Positions 36,663 to 48,777 of a stretch of 64,000 nucleotides of DNA are shown here, piece by piece. The DNA is from Octopus sinensis (Eukaryota): positions 8,742,001-8,806,000 of the forward strand of contig NC_043021.1 of the NCBI RefSeq assembly GCF_006345805.1, given 5' to 3'. Positions within the stretch are counted from its first letter, which is position 1, and every line of letters begins with the position of its first letter. A program made the translations under genes and the position numbers. The notes below the pieces were generated by a model that searched no databases, was not told the DNA's origin, and saw only the letters and a list, made by a program, of their open reading frames with translations.

Positions 36663-36884
36663 GTTTCTTTATTGCCCACAAGGGGCTAAACACAGAGGGG
36701 ACAAACAAGGACATACAAACGGATTAAGTCGATTATATCGACCCCAGTGCGTAACTGGTACTTATTTAATCGACCCCGAAAGGATGAAAGGCAAAGTCGA
36801 CCTCGGCGGAATTTGAACTCAGAACGTAACGAAATACGGCTATGCATTTCGCCCGGCGTGCTAACGATTCTGCCAGCTCGCCGC
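36663..36884 (-). mobile_element. SINE family C, near full length
   Basis: Family C match; flanked by caaagctccatat (about 36647-36659 and 36887-36899), a likely TSD. Confidence 0.88.
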
Positions 36885-37489
36885 CAGCAAAGCTCCATAT
36901 AGGTTAACAAATACCATTAAGACATATTTATTATCACATATTATGAAAATTAAAAGCATTCGATGGTCATTTATGTGGAACATCTAGTAAAAGTGAAAAC
37001 GAAAAACACCTCAACACGAGAAAGCAAACACATAAATATATGTAGATGTGCCTATGTATATGTATATATAAATATATGGCTGGCTGGATGGATGGATAGA
37101 TGGAAGGCAGGAGGAAAAGGAGGGAAGAAGAGAGGAGGATGGGGATGGGGGATGGATGTGTATACTGGTGCTAAAAAAACCCCTTAAATTTTGGAGTGGG
37201 ATGTAAAAATGTGCAAATAAAGGCTCGGTAGTGTGTCATTTATATGTCTAAAGTTGTTGAGTAATCGATAAGAGTAGGCGTGATCGGCGAGCGGCAAGTG
37301 AAGAAGAAAATCAATAATTGCCAAAGAATGATTTAATATCATTTTATATCTTGTAAATAAAGAAGAAAAGCTAAAATAGGAAAATAGTAGAAATCAGGCA
37401 GGGAAAATGTGCAGTTTTGATGTGATCGATCACATCAAAGCCAAAGAACTATGTAAGTATATCACCTAGATGGAATTATCACGCAGATA

Positions 37490-37850
37490 ACAACAGCAAT
37501 ATCAAGCAATAGTAACAGCTGCAACAACAACAACAACAACAAGAACAGAAATCAAAAACAACAACAACAACAACAAAAGTAAGCAACAATAAACAACAAT
37601 GGTTTCGGCATCAGCGTTCGCAACAACATCAATAGTGTCAACAATAACAAATTCGCATCAACTGCAGGATTAGTAATAACATAAGCAGTAAACAACACCA
37701 GAAAAATCAACAAGAATATAACTACAATATCAACATCAACAACATTAACATTGGTTTATACCAACATGAGCATTGGTAGTGTACCATCGACGCCATCAAC
37801 ATAACAACAACAACAACAACGTCAATATTGGCAACGGCAACAACAACAGA
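37490..37850. repeat. Degenerate (CAA/AAC)n low-complexity tract
   Basis: Direct inspection. Confidence 0.7.
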
Positions 37851-38779
37851 ACGGAGCCGAACTAAACATCGTTATACCTTAAACATGGCCGATGTTCAAT
37901 AAATGACAGTGAAAGGATTTAATAGTAGTAACGACTGATTTAAGTCTCTTTAAGGCGATCTCTTTTACTACTCTGAGCGGAATGGGAAGATAGTCGGGAA
38001 GATGGTTGGTGATGGGGAGTTTGGAAGAAAAGCTTGTGTGTTTTTGCCTCGATGGAAATATATAAATCAAAATATCTTTATTATTTAAAATAAATAAACA
38101 CTCCTACCTGATATAAAGTTTGATGGCGGCTGTTCAAATTGATTATTGTCGCCTCGCATGCTTACATTTTATTGATCCAATCCATTCAGAGTTTCAAAGA
38201 CCCCCCCTTCTCCCCGTCCACCGCTGAACAGCATTTGTCTAAGAGCCTCTGCAAGTTGTACAACATCCGAGTGGTTCAAGCTCGAAAGCGAAAGCAGTAT
38301 TACCACTGGATGTAGCTTTTCCTCTCCGCTCTTGTTCTGGACATCCTTGTAAAGTCGCTTGAAGAACAGTGCAAAGCTTACAACATGCTGAACATCACAG
38401 AAACCGGTAGCCATCAAATTGGTTACCGAAGCAAGAGAAATTACTTCAAGGTAACGATGAATCAGAATATTTCAGCTATGGAAAGAATAGTACTACCCGG
38501 AGTCAAGTTGCGTGTAGATCGACCGTAGCTGAGTCTGTTAGGCGAGAATCTTCTATGATTGAAAGACACGAAGAACCCAATGGCTCCAAATAGCGTCACT
38601 GACAATGTATCGAGGCGCATCACAAGATATATGAAAAGTTATATATATAATATATGTATTACTTTATATCATTATATCGTATCTTCCGTCTCTCTCCTTA
38701 ACTACATACCCAACGAACACTGAGCCAGTGAATGCGCTTTACCTGGAAACAACCAGGTGTATACAATACGATTTATTAA

Positions 38780-38815
<36 letters not shown>

Positions 38816-39126
38816 ATACACAAAAATACATACACACACATATCATATACATTATTATATAATATTTGTAAGATTTGAGTTTATATATATATTTATAATA
38901 TATATATCAAATATATCCTGCCAGCTTCTAAATGCCGTTAGCTACAATGAAATTCAATTTGCTGGTTTCTGTATCTCGCATCCCTCTTCCTGTCCATCTG
39001 TTTTTCAGGTATCACTTATAAGTGAACGAACCACGCAGGGGCGGTGGTTTGTTGTTGATCTACCAAACCTGCAAGAAATAGCAGCTAGGTTCCTTTCTAT
39101 CACACCCACCTTGGAAAAAGAAGTTG

Positions 39127-39486
39127 GCACTCCATCGGTTACGACGACGAGGGTTCCAGTTGATCTGATCAACGAAACAGTTTGCTCGTGAAATTAATGT
39201 GCAAGTGGCTGAGCATTCCACAGACATATGTACCCTTAACGTAGTTCTCGGGGGAGATTCAGCTTGATATAGAGTGTGACAAGGCTGGCTCTTTGAAATA
39301 CAGGTACAACAGAAGCAGGAAGATAGAGTGAAAGAAGTTGTGGTGAAAGAGTACAGTAGGGGTTGCCTCGTAGAGCTTTAGGTGTTTTCGCTCAATAAAC
39401 ACTCACAATGCCCGGTCTGGGAATCGAAACCGCGATCCTACAACCGCGAGTCCGCTGCCCTAACCACTGGGCCATTGCGCCTCCAC
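39127..39486 (-). mobile_element. SINE family B, near full length
   Basis: Family B match. Confidence 0.88.
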
Positions 39487-40097
39487 GGAAAAAGAAGTAT
39501 ACAGTGAATAATAACGCCCCAAGTATCAGAATTCTTCAGTTTCGTTTTTGTTTTCTAGTCATCATAATGAAAGTGAAAGTAGAGCACCGCCGTCGAGCTT
39601 GCAACCCGGGACCATGTTGGTAGAAGACATTAGCCCAAGGTTCCATTTCTATCTTTTATTTGTTTCAATCATTACACTGCAGCCATACTGGGGCATCACT
39701 TTGAAAAACTTTTAATTGAATGCCTTGACCAAGTATTTTACGAGGACGTCGACACACCAACACCAATTGTCAATTGGTGGTAGGAGACAATCACAACCAC
39801 CCCACCATCACCACCACACACACACATACACACACTGTTATTTTCTGTTTATGGTGTCTTTTTTTCTAAATAGGTTGATGCTTCGCGCAACCTTATGCTT
39901 CGTGCTAATTTTAAAATTTTATAGCTATATATATGTATGTATAATTTATACATTACACACACACACACACACACACACCACACACACACATTATATATAT
40001 ATCTATATATATATATATATATATAATATATTATAGTATATATATATATATACATATGTATACACACACACCACCACACACACACACATATATATAA

Positions 40098-40248
40098 TAT
40101 TATATATACGACGAGCTTCTTTTAGTTCTGTCTACTGAATCCACTTCCAAGGTCGGCCCAGAGCAAGGTTCCACGCCGTGGGCCTGAACCCGGCACCATG
40201 TGGTTAGGAAGCCAGCTTCTTACCAACACACCCACACGCCTGTGCCTA
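40098..40248 (-). mobile_element. Diverged SINE family A head and CORE-like part
   Basis: gaacccggcaccatgtggttagg...cttaccaacacacccac. Confidence 0.6.
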
Positions 40249-40524
40249 CATTGTATATCAAGACGTCAAAAATGGCTTTTGGCATCTCGAAGTGGTGCGG
40301 ACAAACAGCAGAATGGACAAACAAGCGCAACAAATATTTGAGAAAATAAAAGACGTTAAGAAGCTGTAATACGATTACGAAGTTTATTGCTGGTATTGAT
40401 TTGGTTCTGGAAGAAATCGAGCAAGATTCGATTATGTGTTATCTTATTTATTTCTCATCTCGTAATTTCTTTGTAGTCGTTATTTTTCTTGTGCTTTTTT
40501 TTATGCTGTCCCAATTTCTCTAAA

Positions 40525-41145
40525 CTCGGCGGTGGTGGTGTAGTTAGTTCTAGCAGGGATGGCTCTGGCGGTGGTGATATTGGTGGTGGTGGTGGTGGTG
40601 GTGGTGATGGTGGGGCTGGGATGGCGGGGGATGGCTGCAGTGGTGGTGGTGGTGGCGTTGGCGGTGCTGGCTGCAGTGGTGGTGGGAGGTAGTAGTTTCG
40701 GTGGTGGTGGTGGTGGTGGTGTGGGGGGAGGCTGCAGTGTTGGTGGTCATGTAGGTGATGGCGGCGATGGTGGGAGGTAGTAATTTTTGTTGTGGTAGTC
40801 GTAGTGGTGATGGTGGTGGTGTTGGCGGTGCTGGCTGCAGTGGTGGTGGGAGGTAGTAGTTTCGGTGGTAGTGGTGGTGGTGGAAGGCTGCAGTGTTGGT
40901 GGTCATGTAGGTGATGGCGGCGGTGGTGGGAGGTAGTAATTTTGGTAGTGGTGGCTGTGGTGGTGATGGTGGTGGCTGTGGTGATGGTTGTGGCTGTGGT
41001 GATGGTGGGGGCTGTGGTGATGGTTGTGGCTGTGGTGATGGTGGGGGCTGTGGTGATGGTGGGGGCTGTGGTGATGGTTGTGGCTGTGGTGGTGATGGTT
41101 GTGGCTGTGGTGGTGATGGTGGTGGCTGTGGTGATGGTGGTTGAT
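40525..41145. repeat. G-rich (GGT)n-based composite satellite with a duplicated ~130-bp block and 18-bp units
   Basis: Block repeated near 40657 and 40820; (GGTGATGGTKGKGGCTGT)n at about 40955-41140. Confidence 0.85.
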
Positions 41146-41599
41146 CAATGGCTTAGTGGATATGTAGCAGAGCGGGGGAAAAGTCTTAAAATCGCGATTT
41201 CGAATCTGATTAACTTTTTTCCTACTTAACTTGATAAGAAGTGAAACTATGATAGGTTGGGAGACGCCAAAATAACTGCTCATAACTGGTGTTTTCATTT
41301 TCTGGTTCAAATATCGAACTAAGCCTGAACGTGAGTGAGATGCGAAGTGTGTGAGTGGAAATATTATAAGTCTTTGTAATACTCATGTCAGGGGAACTAG
41401 AGGTTCTCATGGAGTGGGACAACAATATTAAAGCTTTATAGCTGCACATAAAAACTATATTCGAGATAAACAATGGCCTCGGGCAGCAATTTAACTGCAC
41501 CATCTATATTAATAAAAATTGATAGGCAGCGTTACTAAAGTCAAATTTACCCCAACTCCAACGACAACACACGTGTATATATTTATATATATAAGTATG

Positions 41600-42300
41600 T
41601 GTACATATTTATGTATGTATCGATATTTATGTATCGATATGTATGTATCGATATGTATGCACGCGTGTATGTATGTATATATGTATGCATGCATGTATGT
41701 ATGTATGTATTTATGTATGTATGCATGTATGTATGTATGCATGTATGTATGTATGTATTTATGTATGTATGCATGTATGTATGTATGCATGTATGTATGT
41801 ATATATGTATGCATGCATGTATGTATATATGTATGCATGTATGTATGTATGTATATATGTATATATGTATGCATGCATGTATGTATGTATGTATATATGT
41901 ATGCATGCATGTATGTATGTATATATGTATGCATGTATGTATGTATATATGCATGCATGCATGTATGTATGTACATATGTATGCATGCATGTATGTATGT
42001 ATATATGTATGCATGCATGTATGTATGTATATACGTATGCATGCATGTATGTATGTATATATGTATGAATGTATGTATGTATATATGTATGCATGCATGT
42101 ATGTATGTATATATGTATGCCGGCATGTATGTATGTATATATGTATGCATGCATGTATGGAGGTATGTATGCACGCATGTATGTATGTATATATGTATGC
42201 ATGCATGTATTTATTTATTTATGCATGTATGTATGTGTATGTGTGTATGTATGTATATATTGTATGTATTTGTGTATGCACGTATGTATGTATGTATGTT
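41600..42300. repeat. ATGT/ATGC/ATAT tetramer satellite with ~28-bp higher-order period
   Basis: Repeated gcatgcatgtatgtatgtatatatgtat; explains the MYVC/HTYI ORFs. Confidence 0.9.
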
Positions 42301-43134
42301 CGTTCTTACCAATGGCGAAAGAGTCGGTGTCGAGCCTAGAAACAAGAGACTTTCACCAGTAGTCAGACATCAAACAGAGCATCTTCTGCGTACGTGTGTA
42401 CGTATGTATGCATATATGTCTGTATGCATGTGTGTATATACATGTGTGTGCGTGCGTGTGTGTGCGCGTGTGTGTGCATGTACGTTTGTGTACATATATT
42501 ACTGTAAACATATTTGCATTCACATATATGTGTGCACAAGGGCGCAGGTGTGGTTAGCAATGCACATGTGGATCGTAATACATGTTGAACTTCATGAATG
42601 CTTTACATATTTTGATGGTACCTTTAGTAGCTTGTAGCTGTTGTCTTCTGATTACGGATGTTCTCTCTTATTCCGTAAAGCTCAACTTATCAGCAATGGT
42701 ACTATGGTAGTTTGTCACGTAGCGAATTGCTAGGATAATAAGTTGTAAAAGTCTAAAGTTATAATCAATATGAAGAGCCTGAAAATTTCTCTTCAGTTCT
42801 GCACAGATGTTTAATTTTTCACTAACTTTTAACTAACTTTTCGCTGAGCAACTGGTTTCAACTATTGCACATGCTTTCTGTTATCCAACCCAAATTATCA
42901 TGTCTGGACTGTTTTCCTTAAGTTTTATCGGAGTGTTGACATACACCCCACCAGTATTTTTCGAATTACATGTGTTTATGCTTTCCACATCACTGTAGTC
43001 GCTAATATTTAGGGATTAGAAGCCTAAGCAATGGTGTGTACAAATACGAACTTGATACCAGTTCAAATATAAATGATACATATTCGAAAGCAATCAATGG
43101 CTTTCTTAAGTGCTCAAATATGTCTCTTTTATAT

Positions 43135-43356
43135 TCTCTTTTACCTGTTTCAGTCATTTGAATGCGGCCATGCTGCAGCACCGCCTTTAGTCAAGCAAAT
43201 CGACCCCAGGACTTATTCTTTGTAAGCCTAGTAGTTACTCTATCGGTCTATTTTGCCGAACCGTTAAGTGACGGGGGCGTAAAAAACCCAGCATCGGTTG
43301 TCAAGCGATGTTGGGGGGTGGGGGACAGACACACAAACATATACACACACATACAT

Positions 43357-43389
<33 letters not shown>

Positions 43390-43560
43390 CATATATACGA
43401 CTGACTTCTTTCAGTTTCCGTCAACCAAATCCACTCAAAAGGCTTTGGTCGGCCCGAGGCTATAGTAGAAGACCCTTGCCCAAGGTGCCAAGCAGTGGGA
43501 CTGAACCCGAAACCATGTGGTTGGTAAGCAAGCTACTTACCACGCAGCCACTCCTACGCC
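43135..43560 (-). mobile_element. SINE family A, full length
   Basis: Family A match. Confidence 0.88.
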
Positions 43561-43833
43561 TAAAATTAAAGTTGTATGTGTATGGTTGTATATATTTATG
43601 TATGCATGTATGTATGTGTATTAAGTGTGTATCTTAAACTAAGACCAACTAAATTCAACAACATACACGTATTTCTTCTGGAATAAAAGTAAGCAAAGTA
43701 AAATGATACTTATAAGTATAGGCTTCAGTAGAATGGCTCTTGTAAAAAAACGCACAAGATCGTTAAATGAATAAATAACTCACACGCACACATGCACACA
43801 CACAGACTCACGCATCCAGTCATCAATACGTAT

Positions 43834-44315
43834 TTGTAAACCTAGAACTTATTCTATCGGTCTCTTTTGCCGAACTGCTAGGTTACAGGGATGTAAACAC
43901 ACAGCCATCGGTTGTCAAGCGATGTTAGCGGGGGCGGGGGGGGGGGGCAAACACAGACACACAAACACACAGACACACATATATATACATATATACAACC
44001 GGCTTCTTTCAGTTTCCGTCTACCAAATCCACTCACAAGGCTATAGTAGAAGACGCTAGCCAAAGGTCCCACGCAGTGGGACTGAACCCGAAACCATGTG
44101 GTTGGTAAGCAAACTATGCCTATATATATATGTTATATATATATATATATATATATACGACAGGCTTCTTTCAGTTTCCGTCCACCAAATCCACTCACTT
44201 TGGTCGGCCCGAGGCTATACTAGAAGACACTTGCCCAAGGTGCCACGCAGTGGGACTGAACCTGGAACCATGTGGTTCGTAAGCAAGCTACTTATCACAT
44301 AGCCACTCCTATGCC
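43834..44315 (-). mobile_element. Two overlapping partial SINE family A copies (43834-44113, 44155-44315)
   Basis: The head/CORE-like part occurs twice, separated by a TA run. Confidence 0.8.
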
Positions 44316-44759
44316 TGTATGTATGTGTATGTTTGTGTGTGTCTGTATATCTATGTATGCGAATATGTATGTACGTATGTATATGTATGCGTAAATGTAT
44401 GTACGCATATCTTTCTATATATGCAAATATTGAGTTCCTTTACTCATTTACTGATTTTATTTTCGCTTACAAAGGTCATTCAATAGAGCTGAACCCTATA
44501 AACACAAACCCCGTTCGTTGTTTGTCTATATTTTTCTTCTCCTTTACTCCCAATAATAATACCATTTCAATGGCTATAGATTTTCCAAATTGTAGATTTT
44601 AAGTTTTCTAACTGAATTTCTTTTGTTTCCTCACATCTCCATGGCAACAATGTCAGCTGATACGTGCGTGTTTTGTATGTGTATGGTTGACTGTTAGCTG
44701 GCTTTCGTCTTATTGTATCTTTGTTTTCCTCAAAGAGATGTTATGTTATTCGTTCTTAC

Positions 44760-46100
44760 TATTATTGTACGTGTGTCGAGTCAGAAACTGTTTCTTCCAT
44801 TTGTAAAGTCTGTTTTAAATGTTGGGTCTTTTCAATGTCTGGATAGAATTATTACTGCAACATTTTTATCGATTCATTGTTTCTGTACAGCTTGTTGCTA
44901 GAACATGGAAGTTTTTCATCTTTCCATTGTATTCTCGTAGTGTTCGTCAACTCTTTCACTTAAACTGCAAACAGTTTTCCTATATATGTTGAGGCGGTAT
45001 TTCTACAATTCTTTTCCATGCATTTGAATAGGTGTACTACATTTCGAGATTTGCTGTTATCAGTGCAAAGTATTTCCTTAAATGGGAGTTTCACATAATA
45101 GTGACTTAATGAATCTGCTTCATTCTCAACTGTTTGGTTTTAAATTTCGTTTCAATATTGCTTTTCTAAATTAGCGGCTTAGTTTACCTCTAGATGTATT
45201 ATCGGTAGACATTACAGCCTGAAATTTGTTGTTGTCACAATATGAGTTTTCTTGTCTAATTTCTTACCCTTTCTTTCTAGTTTCTTTCAGAATATATAGT
45301 TCAGTACATAAGGCATGCTCTACTTGCATCATGGCTTATGATGTTTTCAAACATTTTTCTTGCTCTTCTATATGTCCTAATCTAAACTCGTTCGTAATAA
45401 CCAGAGATTTGCGTGCGATGAATGTAATCCTAAATGTTATTTCACAATTTGTACGATTGACACATACGACATACGAGGTATATTTCTCATGATCATTACT
45501 AGGTTTGCTATTAATATGTAGTAAAGCTTTGGAGGACCAGGCGCTAATTCACAATAAGTTTCATATACTGTGAAGAGAGGACTAGACATTTATAATGTCA
45601 AATCATGGTTCCCTATCTAGAAGTGGTTGTCTTTCTTTTTGGTGGCTGTGTTTGGACGAGTAATCACAGCCCCTTTGAAACATTTAGTGAGTGAAGTTTG
45701 TCAAGTGTTGGCTCTTTTCCATAGAATGTTATTCTGTTTCCAGGGTGTCATCATGTGAAATTGTTTTAATCGCAATTCTTGTCATCGACATAACTAGTGA
45801 TATGGAATACTCAAGTCGGTGTTGTTTGATTTCTTTTATTCCAAAATACAATGAAGTATTTGGTTACTTCGTCAACAAAGCTACCTTTAATCGCTGTACC
45901 CTTCTCTTGGTTACATAATTTATTATTTTATTTAAAATCATGTCCTTTAGTTTCGTTTTTATGTTGGCAACAAAGGCGTGTGCCATTATCTTTCTTATTC
46001 AATCATAACTCATTGGAGTTTAGAAGAGTTAAATCATCCTTCTCAGTGCTTAAAGGGGGTCACATTTACTGCTGAGATAAAGTTTTCTATCTTGTTCCGA
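44760..46100 (-). pseudogene. Decayed Penelope-like element: RT followed by GIY-YIG endonuclease
   Basis: Minus-strand translations NNKLCNQEKGTAIKGS (RT motif B-like, about 45880-45930), SYVDD (45781-45795) and RNVVHLFKCMEKNCRNTASTYIGK/TVCSLSERVDEH (GIY-YIG, about 44940-45050); many stops and frameshifts. Confidence 0.78.
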
Positions 46101-46199
46101 TCGGTTTAGATCATGTTCTTTTATATATACATTATCATTATCTACATTGCCAGATTTGCTGTTATCAGTGCTCATTAGAGTACCCAATCTCTATCAATA

Positions 46200-46375
46200 T
46201 CTCCTATGGAAAAACATGGCATTGATAAAACTATTGAACTTAAAATTCTAACCTGAAATCTATAAGACCCAACTTTAACACAGGTTACAGAAGCCGTACA
46301 TATACAAAAAAACAGGTTCTGTGCCCATACAATAAATAGTAAAAAAGGATGGTACAATGCCAGAATACGGATATA
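46200..46375 (+). mobile_element. Inverted fragment resembling a PLE GIY-YIG C-terminus
   Basis: HGIDKTIELKILT.../DPTLTQVTEAVHIQ...TINSK parallels the minus-strand DKNVAVIILSRH*KDPTF at about 44810-44875. Confidence 0.5.
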
Positions 46376-46784
46376 AGACTACCAACGAGAAGTTAATTAC
46401 ATATTACATACACACACACGTGTTCTTATGTTGGCAACAAAAAGGTAGCAAAATATAAGAAACAAAAACTAAATGAATAGAAAGGTCATCAGTTCACGCG
46501 GTTGCCATAGAGATATAGCACTACAAAAGAAATAAAATAAGAAAGAATAATCAATCGTTTTAAAAATCTATATCCACTGAATGAGTCACGGAGAAAAAAA
46601 AACACAACAAAAAACAAAGAATACACGTGAACAACAACTGAAGATTATTTTTATCGGGTTTAAGAGTCTAACTATTCTAAATTAAAACAATATTGTTCTC
46701 AACTCTAGGTTTTAGATCAAAATTCTTACAGAAATCGAATTTTGGAATATTTTGCGTTCCGTATACACTCACACACATACACAT

Positions 46785-46788
46785 AGAT

Positions 46789-46879
<91 letters not shown>

Positions 46880-46992
46880 GCATTCATACATACGTACGTA
46901 CGTACATACATACATGCATGCATACACACCTGCATATATACATACATACATACATACATACACACACACATACATACATACATACATACACA

Positions 46993-47026
<34 letters not shown>

Positions 47027-47088
47027 CATAAATGCATACATGCCTATCTACCTACATAAATACATATAGTACTTATACACATATATGT

Positions 47089-47135
<47 letters not shown>

Positions 47136-47150
47136 ATATATATATAAATA
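46785..47150. repeat. (GATA)n(CATA)n(TA)n compound microsatellite
   Basis: Direct inspection. Confidence 0.9.
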
Positions 47151-47155
47151 TATAT

Positions 47156-47266
47156 ACTCTTTTTACTCTTTTACTTGTTTCAGTCATTTGACTGTGGCCA
47201 TGCTGGAGCACTGCCTTTAGTCGAGAAAATCGACCCCAGGACTTATTCTTTGTAAGACAAGTACTT
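47156..47266 (-). mobile_element. SINE family A tail fragment
   Basis: Family A tail match. Confidence 0.85.
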
Positions 47267-47400
47267 CTAACGCTGGAGATGTACGACAGTGTCAGCTGCT
47301 CACCATCAGTGAACCAAGGTAACACCTCTTATTTTTCGAGTACCTTCCGGTGTATTCGAGCGGTTCCAAGTAATGCTGTTTTCTGCAAGTGCTCTTATAG
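47267..47400 (-). mobile_element. Short 3' end of an R4/Dong-like (RLE-type) non-LTR element
   Basis: Minus strand 47329-47394 translates EHLQKTALLGTARIHRKVLEK*. Confidence 0.7.
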
Positions 47401-47405
47401 AAAGG

Positions 47406-47450
<45 letters not shown>

Positions 47451-47451
<1 letters not shown>

Positions 47452-47842
47452 TATGTTTGACTTTTGCTTTATGTCTGTACAAGTTGGCTCCAAATCTCAC
47501 CCAGAGACCTCAAGAGACAACAGGTTGGAAGTTAACGTTGTTGTTATGCCTAGTGTGTCATATATTTGGGGGTTTTTTGGGTGTTGAACTAGTGAATGTC
47601 TAATAAATAATAAATAAAAAGTTTGTTTTAAACCTTGGGATTACATAGAGAGTATTTTGCGTAGGATATGAGCAGTTTCCATGAGCACTATCTTTTGAAT
47701 TTCTGCCATTTTGGGGTTTCCTGGTATCTGAGTTAGGTAGCAATCAGCCCCTTTCGCTATCATTCCTAGGGCACCTATGAACAACAGGTATTGTTTTAGT
47801 CTTCAGGTTCCACATTTTGCTGATTTCTATTTCAAGATTTCT
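47451..47842 (-). mobile_element. 3' end of an R4/Dong-like non-LTR element inside (TAA)n
   Basis: Minus strand 47641-47842 translates LEIEISKMWNLKTKTIPVV/IGALGMIAKGADCYLTQIPGNPKMAEIQKIVLMETAHILRKILSM* (one frameshift), followed by a 3' UTR; (TTA)n on both flanks. Confidence 0.8.
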
Positions 47843-47904
47843 ATTTATTATTATTATTAATTATTATTATTATTATTATTATTATATTATATTTATTTAT
47901 TTAT

Positions 47905-48202
47905 TCATGCGCCCTTTTCAAGCCTAGCCAGGCTCATGGGCTCGGTTTCTGTGACGTATGTGTTCCCCCCAGCTGGACGGGACGCTAGTCCATCGCAGCG
48001 TTACTCAAGAAACAGGAAGAAAGAGTGAGAGAACGTTGGGACGAAAGAGTACAACAGGGGTTGCCACCACCCCCTGCCGGAGCCTCGTGAAGCTTTAGGT
48101 GTTTTCGCTCAATAAACACACACAACGCCCGGTCTGGGAATCGAAACCGCAATCCTACGACCGCGAGTCCGCTGCCCTAACCACTGGGCCATTGCGCCTC
48201 CA

Positions 48203-48203
<1 letters not shown>
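47905..48203 (-). mobile_element. SINE with family B head and body but a different 3' tail
   Basis: Matches family B from the head to ...cttcctgtttc, then ttgagtaacgctgcgatggactagcgtcccgtccagctgg... Confidence 0.85.
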
Positions 48204-48260
<57 letters not shown>

Positions 48261-48730
48261 TTTATTATTTCATCCTATGAATAATTGGGAAATTTTGCAT
48301 TATACATACCTATTATGACCCCCTCTATTATAGCCGGGTCACACGGGGTTACATGCCTCAGTCAATCGATCGACCATAAAACTAATCTATAAATGAATGA
48401 AACAACACACGCTGAACAGGGTGTCAGAGAAGGAAAATTCTATGAAACATTAAAGCGATCAAAGACTTCTTTCTCCTGCTAGCATCTACGTAGTAAAAGA
48501 AACTGTTCTTTTACTTGGGAATCCATGAAGTAATAACTTGCATGTATGTGAATGTAAAGGAAAAAAAACTCAATATTTGTAAAAGAGAGAATAGTTCAGC
48601 TACAGAACTGCCGCAACAGGAGTAGCGCTTGATAACATGATAGTAATAAAAAAAAAAAAAAAAAAAAAAGAAACCATGAATATTTTCTCTCATAAAAAAG
48701 TCCGCTATAAATTTCAGTTTGTTCTGAACA

Positions 48731-48775
<45 letters not shown>

Positions 48776-48777
48776 CA

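Noticed and set aside
41509-42637. Long ORFs of 141-372 aa (MYVC/HTYI repeats)
   Set aside because: Translations of a tetramer satellite that lacks stop codons in several frames on both strands
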